Virus record (IMG/VR): IMGVR_UViG_2531839647_000001
Location: 3,759 to 67,758 of that record
Source of the DNA: a virus
Lineage: Duplodnaviria > Caudoviricetes
Strand: one strand, 5' to 3'
DNA length: 64,000 bases
Numbering within the stretch: position 1 is the first letter of the stretch; every line of letters begins with the position of its first letter. Shown piece after piece: positions 19,563-28,413 of the stretch. The notes beneath the pieces are model-generated. The model saw only the letters and a program-made list of their open reading frames with translations. It was not told where the DNA came from and made no database searches. The position numbers and the translations under genes were made by a program.

Positions 19563-20011
19563 TAACGGTTCCCCAAGTTAAAATTAAAACTCATTGGGGC
19601 CATACAAAATGCAAGTTTAGGCAAAGCGTCTTTCTTTTCATTATAGATCTGTTGAGCTTCTGATACAGATAGCCCATAACTTTCGACTCCGAGCCCACGA
19701 GTAGCTTCAACCAATCTAGCTTGCAAAAGATCACAGTGAGCTTTAACTAAAGGTTGAATGATTACGTACTCATCACCGCTAAGTTCGATAGTTTCATTAA
19801 GTTCAATACTCGTGGTAGCTTTAGTTTGACAATCTAAAACAGCCCATCCGGCATAATATTTTGCCTCATCTAAAAATGCTTTCACGATATCATCAAGCAA
19901 AATTGAATAGCCCGATAATTGATATTCTTTATAGAGTTCTTCTGAAAGTTGCTGGATAGTACCAGCAACTACAGCATACCCTTCAGATTCAGGTAATAAC
20001 TTCATAGCCAT
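19562..20011 (-). CDS. Baseplate or tail structural protein
   Basis: Translationally coupled within the tube-hub-spike operon. Confidence 0.4.
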   Translation of the reverse strand: MAMKLLPESEGYAVVAGTIQQLSEELYKEYQLSGYSILLDDIVKAFLDEAKYYAGWAVLDCQTKATTSIELNETIELSGDEYVIIQPLVKAHCDLLQARLVEATRGLGVESYGLSVSEAQQIYNEKKDALPKLAFCMAPMSFNFNLGNR

Positions 20012-20658
20012 TACCCAAATAGATTGCCCAGTTGACGACCAACACCTTGCACTGCATTTGCAAGGTTAGTTGCTTGTTGAGCAGTATTGATCACTTGCTG
20101 AACTCGATTAACAAGCTCAGCTGTACCATCAATTTCTTTTTTACCCGGCTGAATACTGCCGTTGGTACCAATGTTTGCAAAGCTACCAAAGTAGTTATAG
20201 TCGATTGGGCAAGAGACAGTCATAACTTGAGATCGGTTATCTGAATCATATTCAGCTGACTCAAAGCGAATAGCACAGTTTTCAAGTGCATAAGAACGGG
20301 TAAAACTACCTAAACGACCATCATAGTAATCACCATGGATGATTCCACCACTAGCTACGACATATTCAGCTAGTAGTTGATCATGTCCTGCTTCAGTTAC
20401 TAGGATTTGAAGGTTGCCTGTGTAATGGGTTTTCGGAGGACCAGCAACAATTCCAGTAAAACCACCCGCATATTGAACTTCTGCAGGATCTTCGTTACTC
20501 ACAATTGGACGTGGGCAACTTTTAAATAAGAAGCGAAGGTCTTCCATGCCACGAGGAACAAACATCCCCTGACACGCTAATAAGGGTGAACCAAGTTGCT
20601 GTAGTGCAATGTGATCTTGTTTAAGCTGATTTAGTAATATCGGATTAGATTGTTGCAT
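20011..20658 (-). CDS. Tail tube-like protein
   Basis: Start moved to ATG 20658 (MQQSNP), downstream of the late promoter; LFKSCPRP..EVQYAGG..C.I.FE...DYNYFG pattern resembles P1-type tubes. Confidence 0.5.
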   Translation of the reverse strand: MQQSNPILLNQLKQDHIALQQLGSPLLACQGMFVPRGMEDLRFLFKSCPRPIVSNEDPAEVQYAGGFTGIVAGPPKTHYTGNLQILVTEAGHDQLLAEYVVASGGIIHGDYYDGRLGSFTRSYALENCAIRFESAEYDSDNRSQVMTVSCPIDYNYFGSFANIGTNGSIQPGKKEIDGTAELVNRVQQVINTAQQATNLANAVQGVGRQLGNLFG

Positions 20659-20691
20659 ATTTCTGATGCTCAATAGCTTTAATATGCCCCA

Positions 20692-20732
20692 AGGTTAAAA
20701 GGTTATATCTACTTAAAATTTGATTGGTTCCA
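20692..20732 (-). promoter_or_regulatory. Putative late promoter (TGGAAC-N30-AACCT) for the tube-hub-spike operon
   Basis: Fixed spacing; directly follows the terminator at 20734-20763. Confidence 0.75.
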
Positions 20733-20733
20733 T

Positions 20734-20763
20734 AAAAAAAGCCACCCTAAAAGGTAGCTTTTT
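20734..20763. terminator. Bidirectional terminator
   Basis: aaaaaaagccacc-ctaaaa-ggtagcttttt. Confidence 0.7.
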
Positions 20764-20774
20764 AAATCTGCTTT

Positions 20775-21053
20775 TTATCCAATATTTGGTGGTACTCGCA
20801 GAACCTGTACTGAAGGTACACCCCGATCTAGCGCATCTTGGACACAACGATAATCAGGATTATTTGGTTCATAACCTAGTTCACCACGGATATTACCCTT
20901 ATGTATTGTCATCGGTGCATCAAAACGCCCACGCATAAAACGACCAATAATAATTGTGTCAGTTAATGATTGATTGGTCTTTGTTTCTGTTTTATCAGTT
21001 TTTTTCTGATATTGAATACCAGGCGCTTCACCTAAGATTTGAGTTGTATTCAT
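20775..21053 (-). CDS. Stand-alone tail-sheath N-terminal-domain-like protein
   Basis: APGIQYQ..D, GRFMRG...PM and ALDRG....VLRV are motifs of sheath N-termini; start moved to ATG 21053. Confidence 0.55.
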   Translation of the reverse strand: MNTTQILGEAPGIQYQKKTDKTETKTNQSLTDTIIIGRFMRGRFDAPMTIHKGNIRGELGYEPNNPDYRCVQDALDRGVPSVQVLRVPPNIG

Positions 21054-21115
21054 GAGTATTTCCTTAATTAAATGGATTATAGGTAAAGCCAAAAAATGAC
21101 CTTACCTATGAGTAA

Positions 21116-21883
21116 TTAGTAAATACCTAAGCGTTTACCTTTTTTGAATGAACGTAAACGCTTGTTGATTGCATTCGCAGTAAAAGCATGAAGTCGAGCT
21201 TTTTTCATTCCAGCTTTTTGTGCTGAAGTTAAACGGACCTTTTGACCAGGTAATCGTTTATTCACAACGGTTTTGACACCTTGACGAATAGCCAGCACAC
21301 CACGGTAGTGAATTTTTCGCCCATTTACTTTCCGTTGGCTAAATGCTCCATTTCGAGCTTTAATTTTTTTAGCCATTGAATCGAAACCTTCTTCAGTTTC
21401 ATCTGCTTCACCGAAAATAAACTCACGAACCAGTTCTTCAAGTTCAGGGCCTTCGTCTGGCATATTAGCAAGAACAGTATTGGCTGCTGCTTCTAACGCC
21501 GCATCAGCAACTTCTGTATCATCACTAAAGATCTCTTCAATATCAGAAGCGTCAACGCCAAATGTTAAGAAAGCATCGGAAAGAGACGCCATTAAAGCGT
21601 TTTCATAGATGCCTTCTTCATCATCTGCACCATCTAATGCATCGACAATTAATGCGTCTAAATGATCAACGCCCAGTTCACCTTCTTCAAGCTTACCTTC
21701 ACTGATTGTATCTACCGTATCGGATAGAATGTTCAGAGCAATTTGTCGTACTTGTTCAATCACAGATTGCTGTTCTCGATCAGTACTTGAAACCTTATTA
21801 ACAACGGTAGAAATATTCTCCGCTGCTGAATCAAAAGCACGTAAAGCTAAAGGTTTTTCTGTAGTTGGGCCAAATGGATTCAT
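21116..21883 (-). CDS. Prohead core or scaffold-like protein
   Basis: Very acidic body with a very basic C-terminus (RLTSAQKAGMKKAR...RSFKKGKRLGI), reminiscent of T4 prohead core proteins; two FDS motifs. Confidence 0.5.
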   Translation of the reverse strand: MNPFGPTTEKPLALRAFDSAAENISTVVNKVSSTDREQQSVIEQVRQIALNILSDTVDTISEGKLEEGELGVDHLDALIVDALDGADDEEGIYENALMASLSDAFLTFGVDASDIEEIFSDDTEVADAALEAAANTVLANMPDEGPELEELVREFIFGEADETEEGFDSMAKKIKARNGAFSQRKVNGRKIHYRGVLAIRQGVKTVVNKRLPGQKVRLTSAQKAGMKKARLHAFTANAINKRLRSFKKGKRLGIY

Positions 21884-21901
21884 CTTGATAGATCCTTAAA
21901 A

Positions 21902-23197
21902 TTATTTAACTAAAACGTCGTCATCAAAAATTGCGGCACGAGTTGTACCGACAACTCCATGGGCTAAATAGAGTCGTACACGCTCATATGGATAGTCTTT
22001 GTCAGGTATTAAGCTGAACTCAAAGGGCTTACCACCTAGATCTTCAGCTGGTTGCAACCAACCTGTTGTTTCACTAGATGCACCTTCTAAAAACTCTTGG
22101 ATGTCTTCACCAGCTTTTTTGATGTAATCCGGTGTAGCTTGGAACATATAAGTTCGTAGAATTTCTATACATTTGTTAGTAACTCGAGCCGCAATCTCAG
22201 CTGCAGGAACTAAACGCAATGGACTATTTTTACTTTGATACTGGGTTAGTACATCACTTAATACGAATAATGTAGTTTCAAACTTAACTGGGCGAACTAC
22301 ATTTACTTTAGCCTTAGCCAACATTTCTTGAATCTGTTCATCTTCAAGATCAATATTCGGCATCTGGCTTAGGTTTTTTGCTGTAAATGGATAATCTTTC
22401 CATGCAACGGCATTTTTTAATGGCGCAAAACCTTGCTTATTCAGTTTCGCATTACGTAGTAATTTATCGCCGATATAATGGCCCAAATAATAAGCAGGCA
22501 CCTTACGCCCTCTAAGCGTAACAGCATCTGAAGGACGGCAAAGGTTTGGACTCCAAATGAATTGTACAAACTGTGATTGAGCATCTACGCTTGTAGCAAA
22601 TTGGGCCGCTTGTTCAGCTGTAAAAGTTGGGTTGATTTCAGCATCCAAAGGAATACGTAATTTTGTAGCTGCACGTTGTGCCGCAACATAAATTGGTAAA
22701 TCATGAGGATTAGGCAAAGTCAGATATGCTGGTGTAGTTAACTGACCTGTTAAAATCTTAAACAGTGAGTCAGCGTTAAATGAAGGTAATACTTCATCTT
22801 CTAATACCAATGTTTTTGAAGCACGACCTAAGCTATTTGATTCGTTATAAGCATTTGATTTGAGAATTGCTTGTAGCGCATCAATGCCCAGTTTTAAATC
22901 AAATTTCTCGAAATATTCTTTAGCATCAGCTACTGCCACAATAGAAGCAGAATTTTCAATGTCACCATCTACTAATCCTTGTACAGTAACAATTTGATCA
23001 CCAGTTACAGCATCACGTATTTCCAAACGCATAGAAATATCTGCAGGTCCGCGTGGACTAGTTACTTTCGCAAAAAAGGCCACATTAATTTCTGCATTTG
23101 CAAGATAACTGTGAGTATCAAATTCTAATTTGAGTGATGGGCTGGCCCCTGCTACAAGGGATAGCTCACCTGAACTCGACAGAGCAAGTATATTCAT
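21902..23197 (-). CDS. Contractile tail sheath protein (P1 gp22-like)
   Basis: EMLAKAKVNVV, SDVLT...LRLV and GWLQPAEDLGGKPFEF...YERVRLYL C-terminal sheath pattern. Confidence 0.65.
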   Translation of the reverse strand: MNILALSSSGELSLVAGASPSLKLEFDTHSYLANAEINVAFFAKVTSPRGPADISMRLEIRDAVTGDQIVTVQGLVDGDIENSASIVAVADAKEYFEKFDLKLGIDALQAILKSNAYNESNSLGRASKTLVLEDEVLPSFNADSLFKILTGQLTTPAYLTLPNPHDLPIYVAAQRAATKLRIPLDAEINPTFTAEQAAQFATSVDAQSQFVQFIWSPNLCRPSDAVTLRGRKVPAYYLGHYIGDKLLRNAKLNKQGFAPLKNAVAWKDYPFTAKNLSQMPNIDLEDEQIQEMLAKAKVNVVRPVKFETTLFVLSDVLTQYQSKNSPLRLVPAAEIAARVTNKCIEILRTYMFQATPDYIKKAGEDIQEFLEGASSETTGWLQPAEDLGGKPFEFSLIPDKDYPYERVRLYLAHGVVGTTRAAIFDDDVLVK

Positions 23198-23230
23198 TAC
23201 ATTACACGCCCAAGGCTATTTGTTTTAAGT

Positions 23231-23271
23231 ATTTTGAGCCGTGGTTGTTTTTGATTTTCTGGCTAGTTCCA
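23231..23271 (-). promoter_or_regulatory. Putative late promoter (TGGAAC-N30-AAAAT) for the sheath operon
   Basis: gttcca at 23266-23271 and atttt at 23231-23235. Confidence 0.75.
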
Positions 23272-23275
23272 ATGT

Positions 23276-23302
23276 AAAAAAACCACTCGAAAGTGGTTTT
23301 TT
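23276..23302. terminator. Bidirectional terminator
   Basis: aaaaaaaccact-cgaa-agtggtttttt. Confidence 0.75.
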
Positions 23303-23314
23303 ATTTCTTAAATT

Positions 23315-23614
23315 TTATAACCCGCTAGCAGGTTCTGTAGGCTCTTCTGCCTCAGTAGGTACAATTTGAAGTACATAACCTTTCAAGCCATTAATTTGAT
23401 CTAGGTTATCTAGCAATTGTTTATGAGCTTCGTCACCGATCAAAGTGAATGTTACCTTTTGACCAGCTTGTACCAAAACTTGTGTAAATGGTTCGGTAAT
23501 GTCACTTAAACCGTTATTTTGAAGTGTAATACTTCGTTCAGTTGGTTGATCACCTACAGCATCCATAATTGGGTTCGTGCCATCAATAATGAAAATAGTC
23601 ATCTTGTTACTCAA
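23315..23614 (-). CDS. Small virion protein, paralogous to the C-terminus of 23607..24155
   Basis: ITLQNNG...EPFTQVLVQAG...QLLDNLDQINGL aligns with INVTNNG...EPLSRVAIEAG...QVLENLRQLKGL. Confidence 0.6.
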   Translation of the reverse strand: MSNKMTIFIIDGTNPIMDAVGDQPTERSITLQNNGLSDITEPFTQVLVQAGQKVTFTLIGDEAHKQLLDNLDQINGLKGYVLQIVPTEAEEPTEPASGL

Positions 23615-24155
23615 CAGTTAGATTCTTACCAAGACCCTTCAACTGACGTAAGTTTTCAAGAACTTGATGTTTAAATGTTTGGTTATGACACGTAATACTT
23701 GCTGTTTTACCTGCCTCAATAGCAACACGTGATAACGGTTCTAAAACAGTTGAAAATCCGTTATTAGTCACATTAATAACTAGAGGATCTACAATACTAA
23801 TGGTAGAACCAGATAGATTTTCCACAATTTGATGTTCGGCCATGGGAATATCAGTTTGTTGTGTCTTATTTGATGATTCAGTTGAATTTCCATTATCTTT
23901 AGTACTGGAATCTTCATTATCTGAATCGCCATTTTTCAAATCAGTAGGTTGCTCATCTTCATTTTGAGATACGCCGTTTTCAGGACCTTGGCTATTTAAC
24001 AAATCACCTTGATCTGAAGTTTTGTCATCACCTGCTTGGGTATTCTGTGTTTCTGTAGTTTTATTGGTTTTATTACGTGTGTTTTTTGATTTAGTAGTCG
24101 CTTGTTCGTCAGTTGAAGCTAAAGTTTCGTCAGTGTTTTGTGTTGCTGTAGCCAT
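23607..24155 (-). CDS. Virion-associated protein, low-complexity N-terminus
   Basis: Follows the capsid gene; its C-terminal domain is shared with the next gene. Confidence 0.55.
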   Translation of the reverse strand: MATATQNTDETLASTDEQATTKSKNTRNKTNKTTETQNTQAGDDKTSDQGDLLNSQGPENGVSQNEDEQPTDLKNGDSDNEDSSTKDNGNSTESSNKTQQTDIPMAEHQIVENLSGSTISIVDPLVINVTNNGFSTVLEPLSRVAIEAGKTASITCHNQTFKHQVLENLRQLKGLGKNLTVE

Positions 24156-24181
24156 GAGATTTTCCTTTCAATAGATAGGGT

Positions 24182-24204
24182 AAAAAGGCGCATCGAAATG
24201 CGCC
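24182..24204 (-). terminator. Terminator after the major capsid gene
   Basis: aaaaaggcgcat-cgaa-atgcgcc. Confidence 0.65.
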
Positions 24205-24218
24205 CTTATTTGTTTTAC

Positions 24219-25997
24219 TTACGAATTTTTGAGGGATGGCATATTGATACAGTGGATGACATAGCTTTGATCAGCATAACGTTCTAACGGGTTCATTTCG
24301 GCTGCTTGAGCACCGATTAAAGTAAGTACTGATTCACGCGCGTCTGGTCGAGTTTCAATAACTGAAAGAGGAGTTTGAATAAAGCCAACGAACGGCGCAC
24401 GAATTGGCTCATTACCACGACCCACTAAAAGCATATCAAACGCTGTATCTGCTTCAGCTACAAGCTCTTGTGCTGACGGTGCGTGGTAAACGTTAGTACC
24501 ATCTGCAAGAGTACCAATACGGACAATTTGACCATAACCAGCAGTGTATCCTGTTTTAACTGGCATCTTATCGCTTGACAGTTGATTAAAGAATACTGAC
24601 CCAGTATCGCCAACATAAAGGTCAAATGCGACGGTAGAGCCACCTGTTCGTTGGTTAATATCCAATTTGGCCGCAGCAATAAACTTATTTACTTCAGCAA
24701 ACAAGTCACCAGATGTATTATATGCAGCTGCTAATTTACCAGTCACACCACGAGAAGCATCAAAAGTAACTTCACGGCCTGAGTATTCAGCTAAGTCTTT
24801 TGCTTCACCTAATAAACGTACAGTTTGTTCTAAGAAGATTTTTCCTTGAACAATTGCTAAAGCCTGACCTAGGAAACCAAGCTTAAGTTCGTTAGTTAGT
24901 TGAGATTGTAATAGTGTTGAAGCTGTTACCCGTGCCATGATTGGTGATGCCACCAAAGTTTCATATTCAGGTTCAAAATCAACACCAACTGGGGTTAATA
25001 GGTAGTTATTATTACCATCACGTGCGTCAAAATCAGCTACAAGATGAACTTCAACTTTTGCACCAGCTGGTAATGCTTCATTTAAGGTCACGCTAATTTT
25101 GCTAGCTGAAATATCAATTTCGCTACCAATTACACGATATTCAACGCCGTTTACTACTACGTCTTTCTCAGCAATAGCTGAAATTTTACCTGTAATCTTT
25201 GATTTTGTTCGGTTACGGGTATGTGCTACTTCTTTACCATTGATCTTGATAGATACATTACCAGCAATAAATGGCAATAAGCTCGCTTTGGCGTCAGGTG
25301 TTTTAGCTTTGAAGTCTTCATAACCAGTTCGAGCTGTTACAGAGTATGTCGCCCCAGCACCCCCATTGGATAGTGCATAACGGAAACGTCCCTCTACATA
25401 CGGCTTAGAAGCATTTGCACCATCTAAGTATTCTGATTTCTTCATTGCCCCAAAATCACGGTTGGTGATGAAGCGAATAGATACAATCGGGACTTCATTT
25501 GAACCATTCGAGTTGGGAATCATTGCAACGATAGGAGTTGCATAAGCGATAACGTTGGCGATAGTAGCAACTGTAATTGCTGGAACGATGCTTACAGATT
25601 CATGATGCTGGTGATTCACATCATCAAAACCAGATTCATTAATACTGTCGTAATAGCTAATAGTATCAGCAGGCAATGCAGCTGCTTGTTTTGCACCATT
25701 TAAACCAGCTGTTAAAGCCGCTGCAACAATTGATGGATGTGGTAGTTCACCGCCATGACGTGCTTGATATTGTGATACCCCAAACATCACAGCTTTATCA
25801 ACTTCTGGTGCATAATCCATGCCGATTGAATCAAAGATTTCTTTTAATACTTCTGGGTAATCTTCTGCAGCTGTTTGGGCACTATCAAACCCATTTTCAA
25901 GCTCATCAGGACTTTTGAAATAGTAATTTCGGCACTGAACAGTAGCTAGTTGTTGAGCATCATACTTTTTACGAATTTCGTCTGTTAACACAGTCAT
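24219..25997 (-). CDS. Major capsid protein precursor (P1 gp23-like)
   Basis: 592 aa; HGGELPHPS prodomain and QIVRIGTLADGTNVYH; own promoter and terminator. Confidence 0.75.
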   Translation of the reverse strand: MTVLTDEIRKKYDAQQLATVQCRNYYFKSPDELENGFDSAQTAAEDYPEVLKEIFDSIGMDYAPEVDKAVMFGVSQYQARHGGELPHPSIVAAALTAGLNGAKQAAALPADTISYYDSINESGFDDVNHQHHESVSIVPAITVATIANVIAYATPIVAMIPNSNGSNEVPIVSIRFITNRDFGAMKKSEYLDGANASKPYVEGRFRYALSNGGAGATYSVTARTGYEDFKAKTPDAKASLLPFIAGNVSIKINGKEVAHTRNRTKSKITGKISAIAEKDVVVNGVEYRVIGSEIDISASKISVTLNEALPAGAKVEVHLVADFDARDGNNNYLLTPVGVDFEPEYETLVASPIMARVTASTLLQSQLTNELKLGFLGQALAIVQGKIFLEQTVRLLGEAKDLAEYSGREVTFDASRGVTGKLAAAYNTSGDLFAEVNKFIAAAKLDINQRTGGSTVAFDLYVGDTGSVFFNQLSSDKMPVKTGYTAGYGQIVRIGTLADGTNVYHAPSAQELVAEADTAFDMLLVGRGNEPIRAPFVGFIQTPLSVIETRPDARESVLTLIGAQAAEMNPLERYADQSYVIHCINMPSLKNS

Positions 25998-26035
25998 TTT
26001 AAACCAGCCTTTGGCTTTCTATGTAAGATGCAGAA

Positions 26036-26076
26036 AGTCTGACATGTGCTATTTTTACTAAAGCTGGTCGGTTCCA
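26036..26076 (-). promoter_or_regulatory. Putative late promoter (TGGAAC-N30-AGACT) for the capsid operon
   Basis: gttcca at 26071-26076 and agtct at 26036-26040. Confidence 0.75.
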
Positions 26077-26151
26077 AACGTAAAAAAGTCCCCAAAATTG
26101 AGGACAAAGAAAATGTAGCTAAAGGACCATCTCAGCCCTTTATTTATATAG

Positions 26152-26454
26152 CTATCCGCTTACACCACTTGAAACATAAATCTCCACATTATCACCTGCT
26201 TTCACTTTATAACGGAGCTTATCCCAGCAATGCTGTCTAAACGGTTCTGTATCGGGTGCAGCAGCTGTTAAAGTAAGAATAGGCACCCAATGAGAATCGT
26301 TTTGCGGATCTGCATATGGAACATTGCTTCCGAAAAACTCTACTTCTGCCCCGTTCCCGATAACCTGGTAATTGAAAATTGCAGAAGTACATTGTTCAGC
26401 TATTTCAATGTCGCCAGTCTTTTTACCTTTTACATTGAAAATTAAATAGCTCAT
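26152..26454 (-). CDS. Small beta-sandwich virion protein
   Basis: Coupled ORF; GAEVEFFGSN...W..I pattern. Confidence 0.5.
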   Translation of the reverse strand: MSYLIFNVKGKKTGDIEIAEQCTSAIFNYQVIGNGAEVEFFGSNVPYADPQNDSHWVPILTLTAAAPDTEPFRQHCWDKLRYKVKAGDNVEIYVSSGVSG

Positions 26455-26999
26455 TTGGTTTCTCCATCACCCATAGGTGAAATAAACAAATCATCTCTAC
26501 GGTTTAAAACATACTTACTGCCAAAATCAGCCATGAGGCTAAAACCAGTAATATTTACAATTTCAAACCACAACATTAGATTTTCATAAATCATTAAACC
26601 TAAAAGATCCCCTTCTTTAAGAATCAAGTCGGGAATGTTGGTTATCCTTTCCAATACATCTTCCAACTCATCATTAAATGGCTCTACTTGAGCAGTTAGC
26701 ACCAAATCTGAGGGGTTGTTCATTGAGAAGTTCTTTTGAATATAACCACCATTAAATTTATCTAAATGAACATAAGCAGCGCCTTTATATTCATACTTGT
26801 AGTTAGGTTCATCTTGAATCGATAAAGTATTTGCTTCAAAAGAAAGAGGATCTACAGGTTTTGAATCTTCAGCTGGATTATTGAAAATTACTTCTTTGCG
26901 CCAAACTTGTGCTGGAATACTAGCTAGTGCATTCATAACAACACGTCTCGCTGCTAAACGGCGTCCATTTGCAACTTGATTTACTGATCTATTTAGCAT
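26451..26999 (-). CDS. Head-tail joining protein candidate
   Basis: Late operon context; LKEGDLL...WFEIVN head-closure-like pattern. Confidence 0.4.
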   Translation of the reverse strand: MLNRSVNQVANGRRLAARRVVMNALASIPAQVWRKEVIFNNPAEDSKPVDPLSFEANTLSIQDEPNYKYEYKGAAYVHLDKFNGGYIQKNFSMNNPSDLVLTAQVEPFNDELEDVLERITNIPDLILKEGDLLGLMIYENLMLWFEIVNITGFSLMADFGSKYVLNRRDDLFISPMGDGETK

Positions 27000-28119
27000 T
27001 TCGACTTAGACCCTTCATAAAGATATTAAGCATTTCTTGGTCAATAGCGCCTGATTTATGTAAGGCTTGAACTCTTTCAATCTGACTAGCTTTAAGAGTT
27101 TCTAATTCAAAACGTTTAAGGGTTTTCAGTTCACGTTCTAATAGTTTTTTCGCAACTTTATCTGCTCTACGCATCATTTCTTTTTCAGCTTTTTGAATAT
27201 TGGCTTTGATGGGCTTAACAGAACCATTCATCACATCTTTTACTTGTTCATTGATCGAATTCTGAATTTGCTTATCTGTTTGCTTATATCGTGCACCAAC
27301 TTGTTTCTGGCGGTCTTTCTCTACTTCCTTTTTAAGATATGCAATGCCTGATGGCGAACCAATCCACTTAACAACACGCAAAACATGCTTACAAGCTACA
27401 CCGGATAAATGCGGGTTACGTATTTTCGGAAAGCCACCCTCTTCACGTCCTAAATTGTAGCCGCCTATAGTTGCCATATAGCGGTACCAGAACGTATGAC
27501 GCTCGCAATCACACTGAAATTTAATTTTGCCTTTAGCCAAGCGGTTTTTAACAGTCGTTAATGCTTGTTTATCGATATCAAAAACAACTGATTTAAAGTT
27601 TGAAAACTCAATCTCAACATGATGATTTAAAACTTTACTATTTGGACCGGCATTAGTAAGTAAGTGTACTAAACCAGCTTTTCTGCTGACTGGTACCGCC
27701 AAATAGATTTGCTCATTTGCCCTGTCAATATCGTCTTGTCGGCTTAAATTAATGATGTTTTGAGGGGTAATACCCTTACTATACTGGTCTTTTAATAGTT
27801 GAATGTTTTCCTGAAATGCTAAGATATCATCACGGGTAATACGCCGTGGTACTTCTCCATTTCGCTGACCTAATGTTGTAAAAAGTACTCTCTCTACATC
27901 ATATTTTTCGCCTTGTGCAATATCTTGTGGCCGCAAGAACATAGGCTTAGGGATCTTTCGTCCCCAATCATCATATTCAATTTCTTTTTCGGCAAATGCT
28001 CGCTGTTCTCTGTCTGCACGCTGGCGGCTCTGTTGATCTCTACGAACTCCACCATTTTGCAAAGATTGATTTATTTGAAGCTGGGCACGGCGTAAATCAT
28101 CTGGCTTGAAAGCTGACAT
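26989..28119 (-). CDS. SWIM-type zinc-finger protein
   Basis: FQCDCERH...GVACKHVLRV (CxC...CxH). Confidence 0.6.
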   Translation of the reverse strand: MSAFKPDDLRRAQLQINQSLQNGGVRRDQQSRQRADREQRAFAEKEIEYDDWGRKIPKPMFLRPQDIAQGEKYDVERVLFTTLGQRNGEVPRRITRDDILAFQENIQLLKDQYSKGITPQNIINLSRQDDIDRANEQIYLAVPVSRKAGLVHLLTNAGPNSKVLNHHVEIEFSNFKSVVFDIDKQALTTVKNRLAKGKIKFQCDCERHTFWYRYMATIGGYNLGREEGGFPKIRNPHLSGVACKHVLRVVKWIGSPSGIAYLKKEVEKDRQKQVGARYKQTDKQIQNSINEQVKDVMNGSVKPIKANIQKAEKEMMRRADKVAKKLLERELKTLKRFELETLKASQIERVQALHKSGAIDQEMLNIFMKGLSRNAK

Positions 28120-28120
28120 A

Positions 28121-28399
28121 TTAATTATCCTGCAAGTATTCTTTTTGAAGTCTTAAAAGATCAACGAGCCTTGGAAATGCTACCTTTAGTAGTGGTAGTT
28201 TTTCCCAAATGCCGTTGGCACCACAGGCCACTAAAACTGCATCAATATGAGTCCTTGAACCATAAAGCTTGTAGCTTAAGAGTGATGGATCTTGCGATTC
28301 ATCCTCCTTAATCTCCCAAACGATTAGATTCTGAATATTATTTTGTTGTAAGTTGCGATGAATTAAATCCCTGATGGCATTTCGATAGTCATTTCTCAT
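28121..28399 (-). CDS. LysM/gpX-like baseplate wedge protein
   Basis: DPSLLSYKLYGS...VLVACG...KVAFP. Confidence 0.55.
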   Translation of the reverse strand: MRNDYRNAIRDLIHRNLQQNNIQNLIVWEIKEDESQDPSLLSYKLYGSRTHIDAVLVACGANGIWEKLPLLKVAFPRLVDLLRLQKEYLQDN

Positions 28400-28413
28400 A
28401 CTGTTTCACCTAT

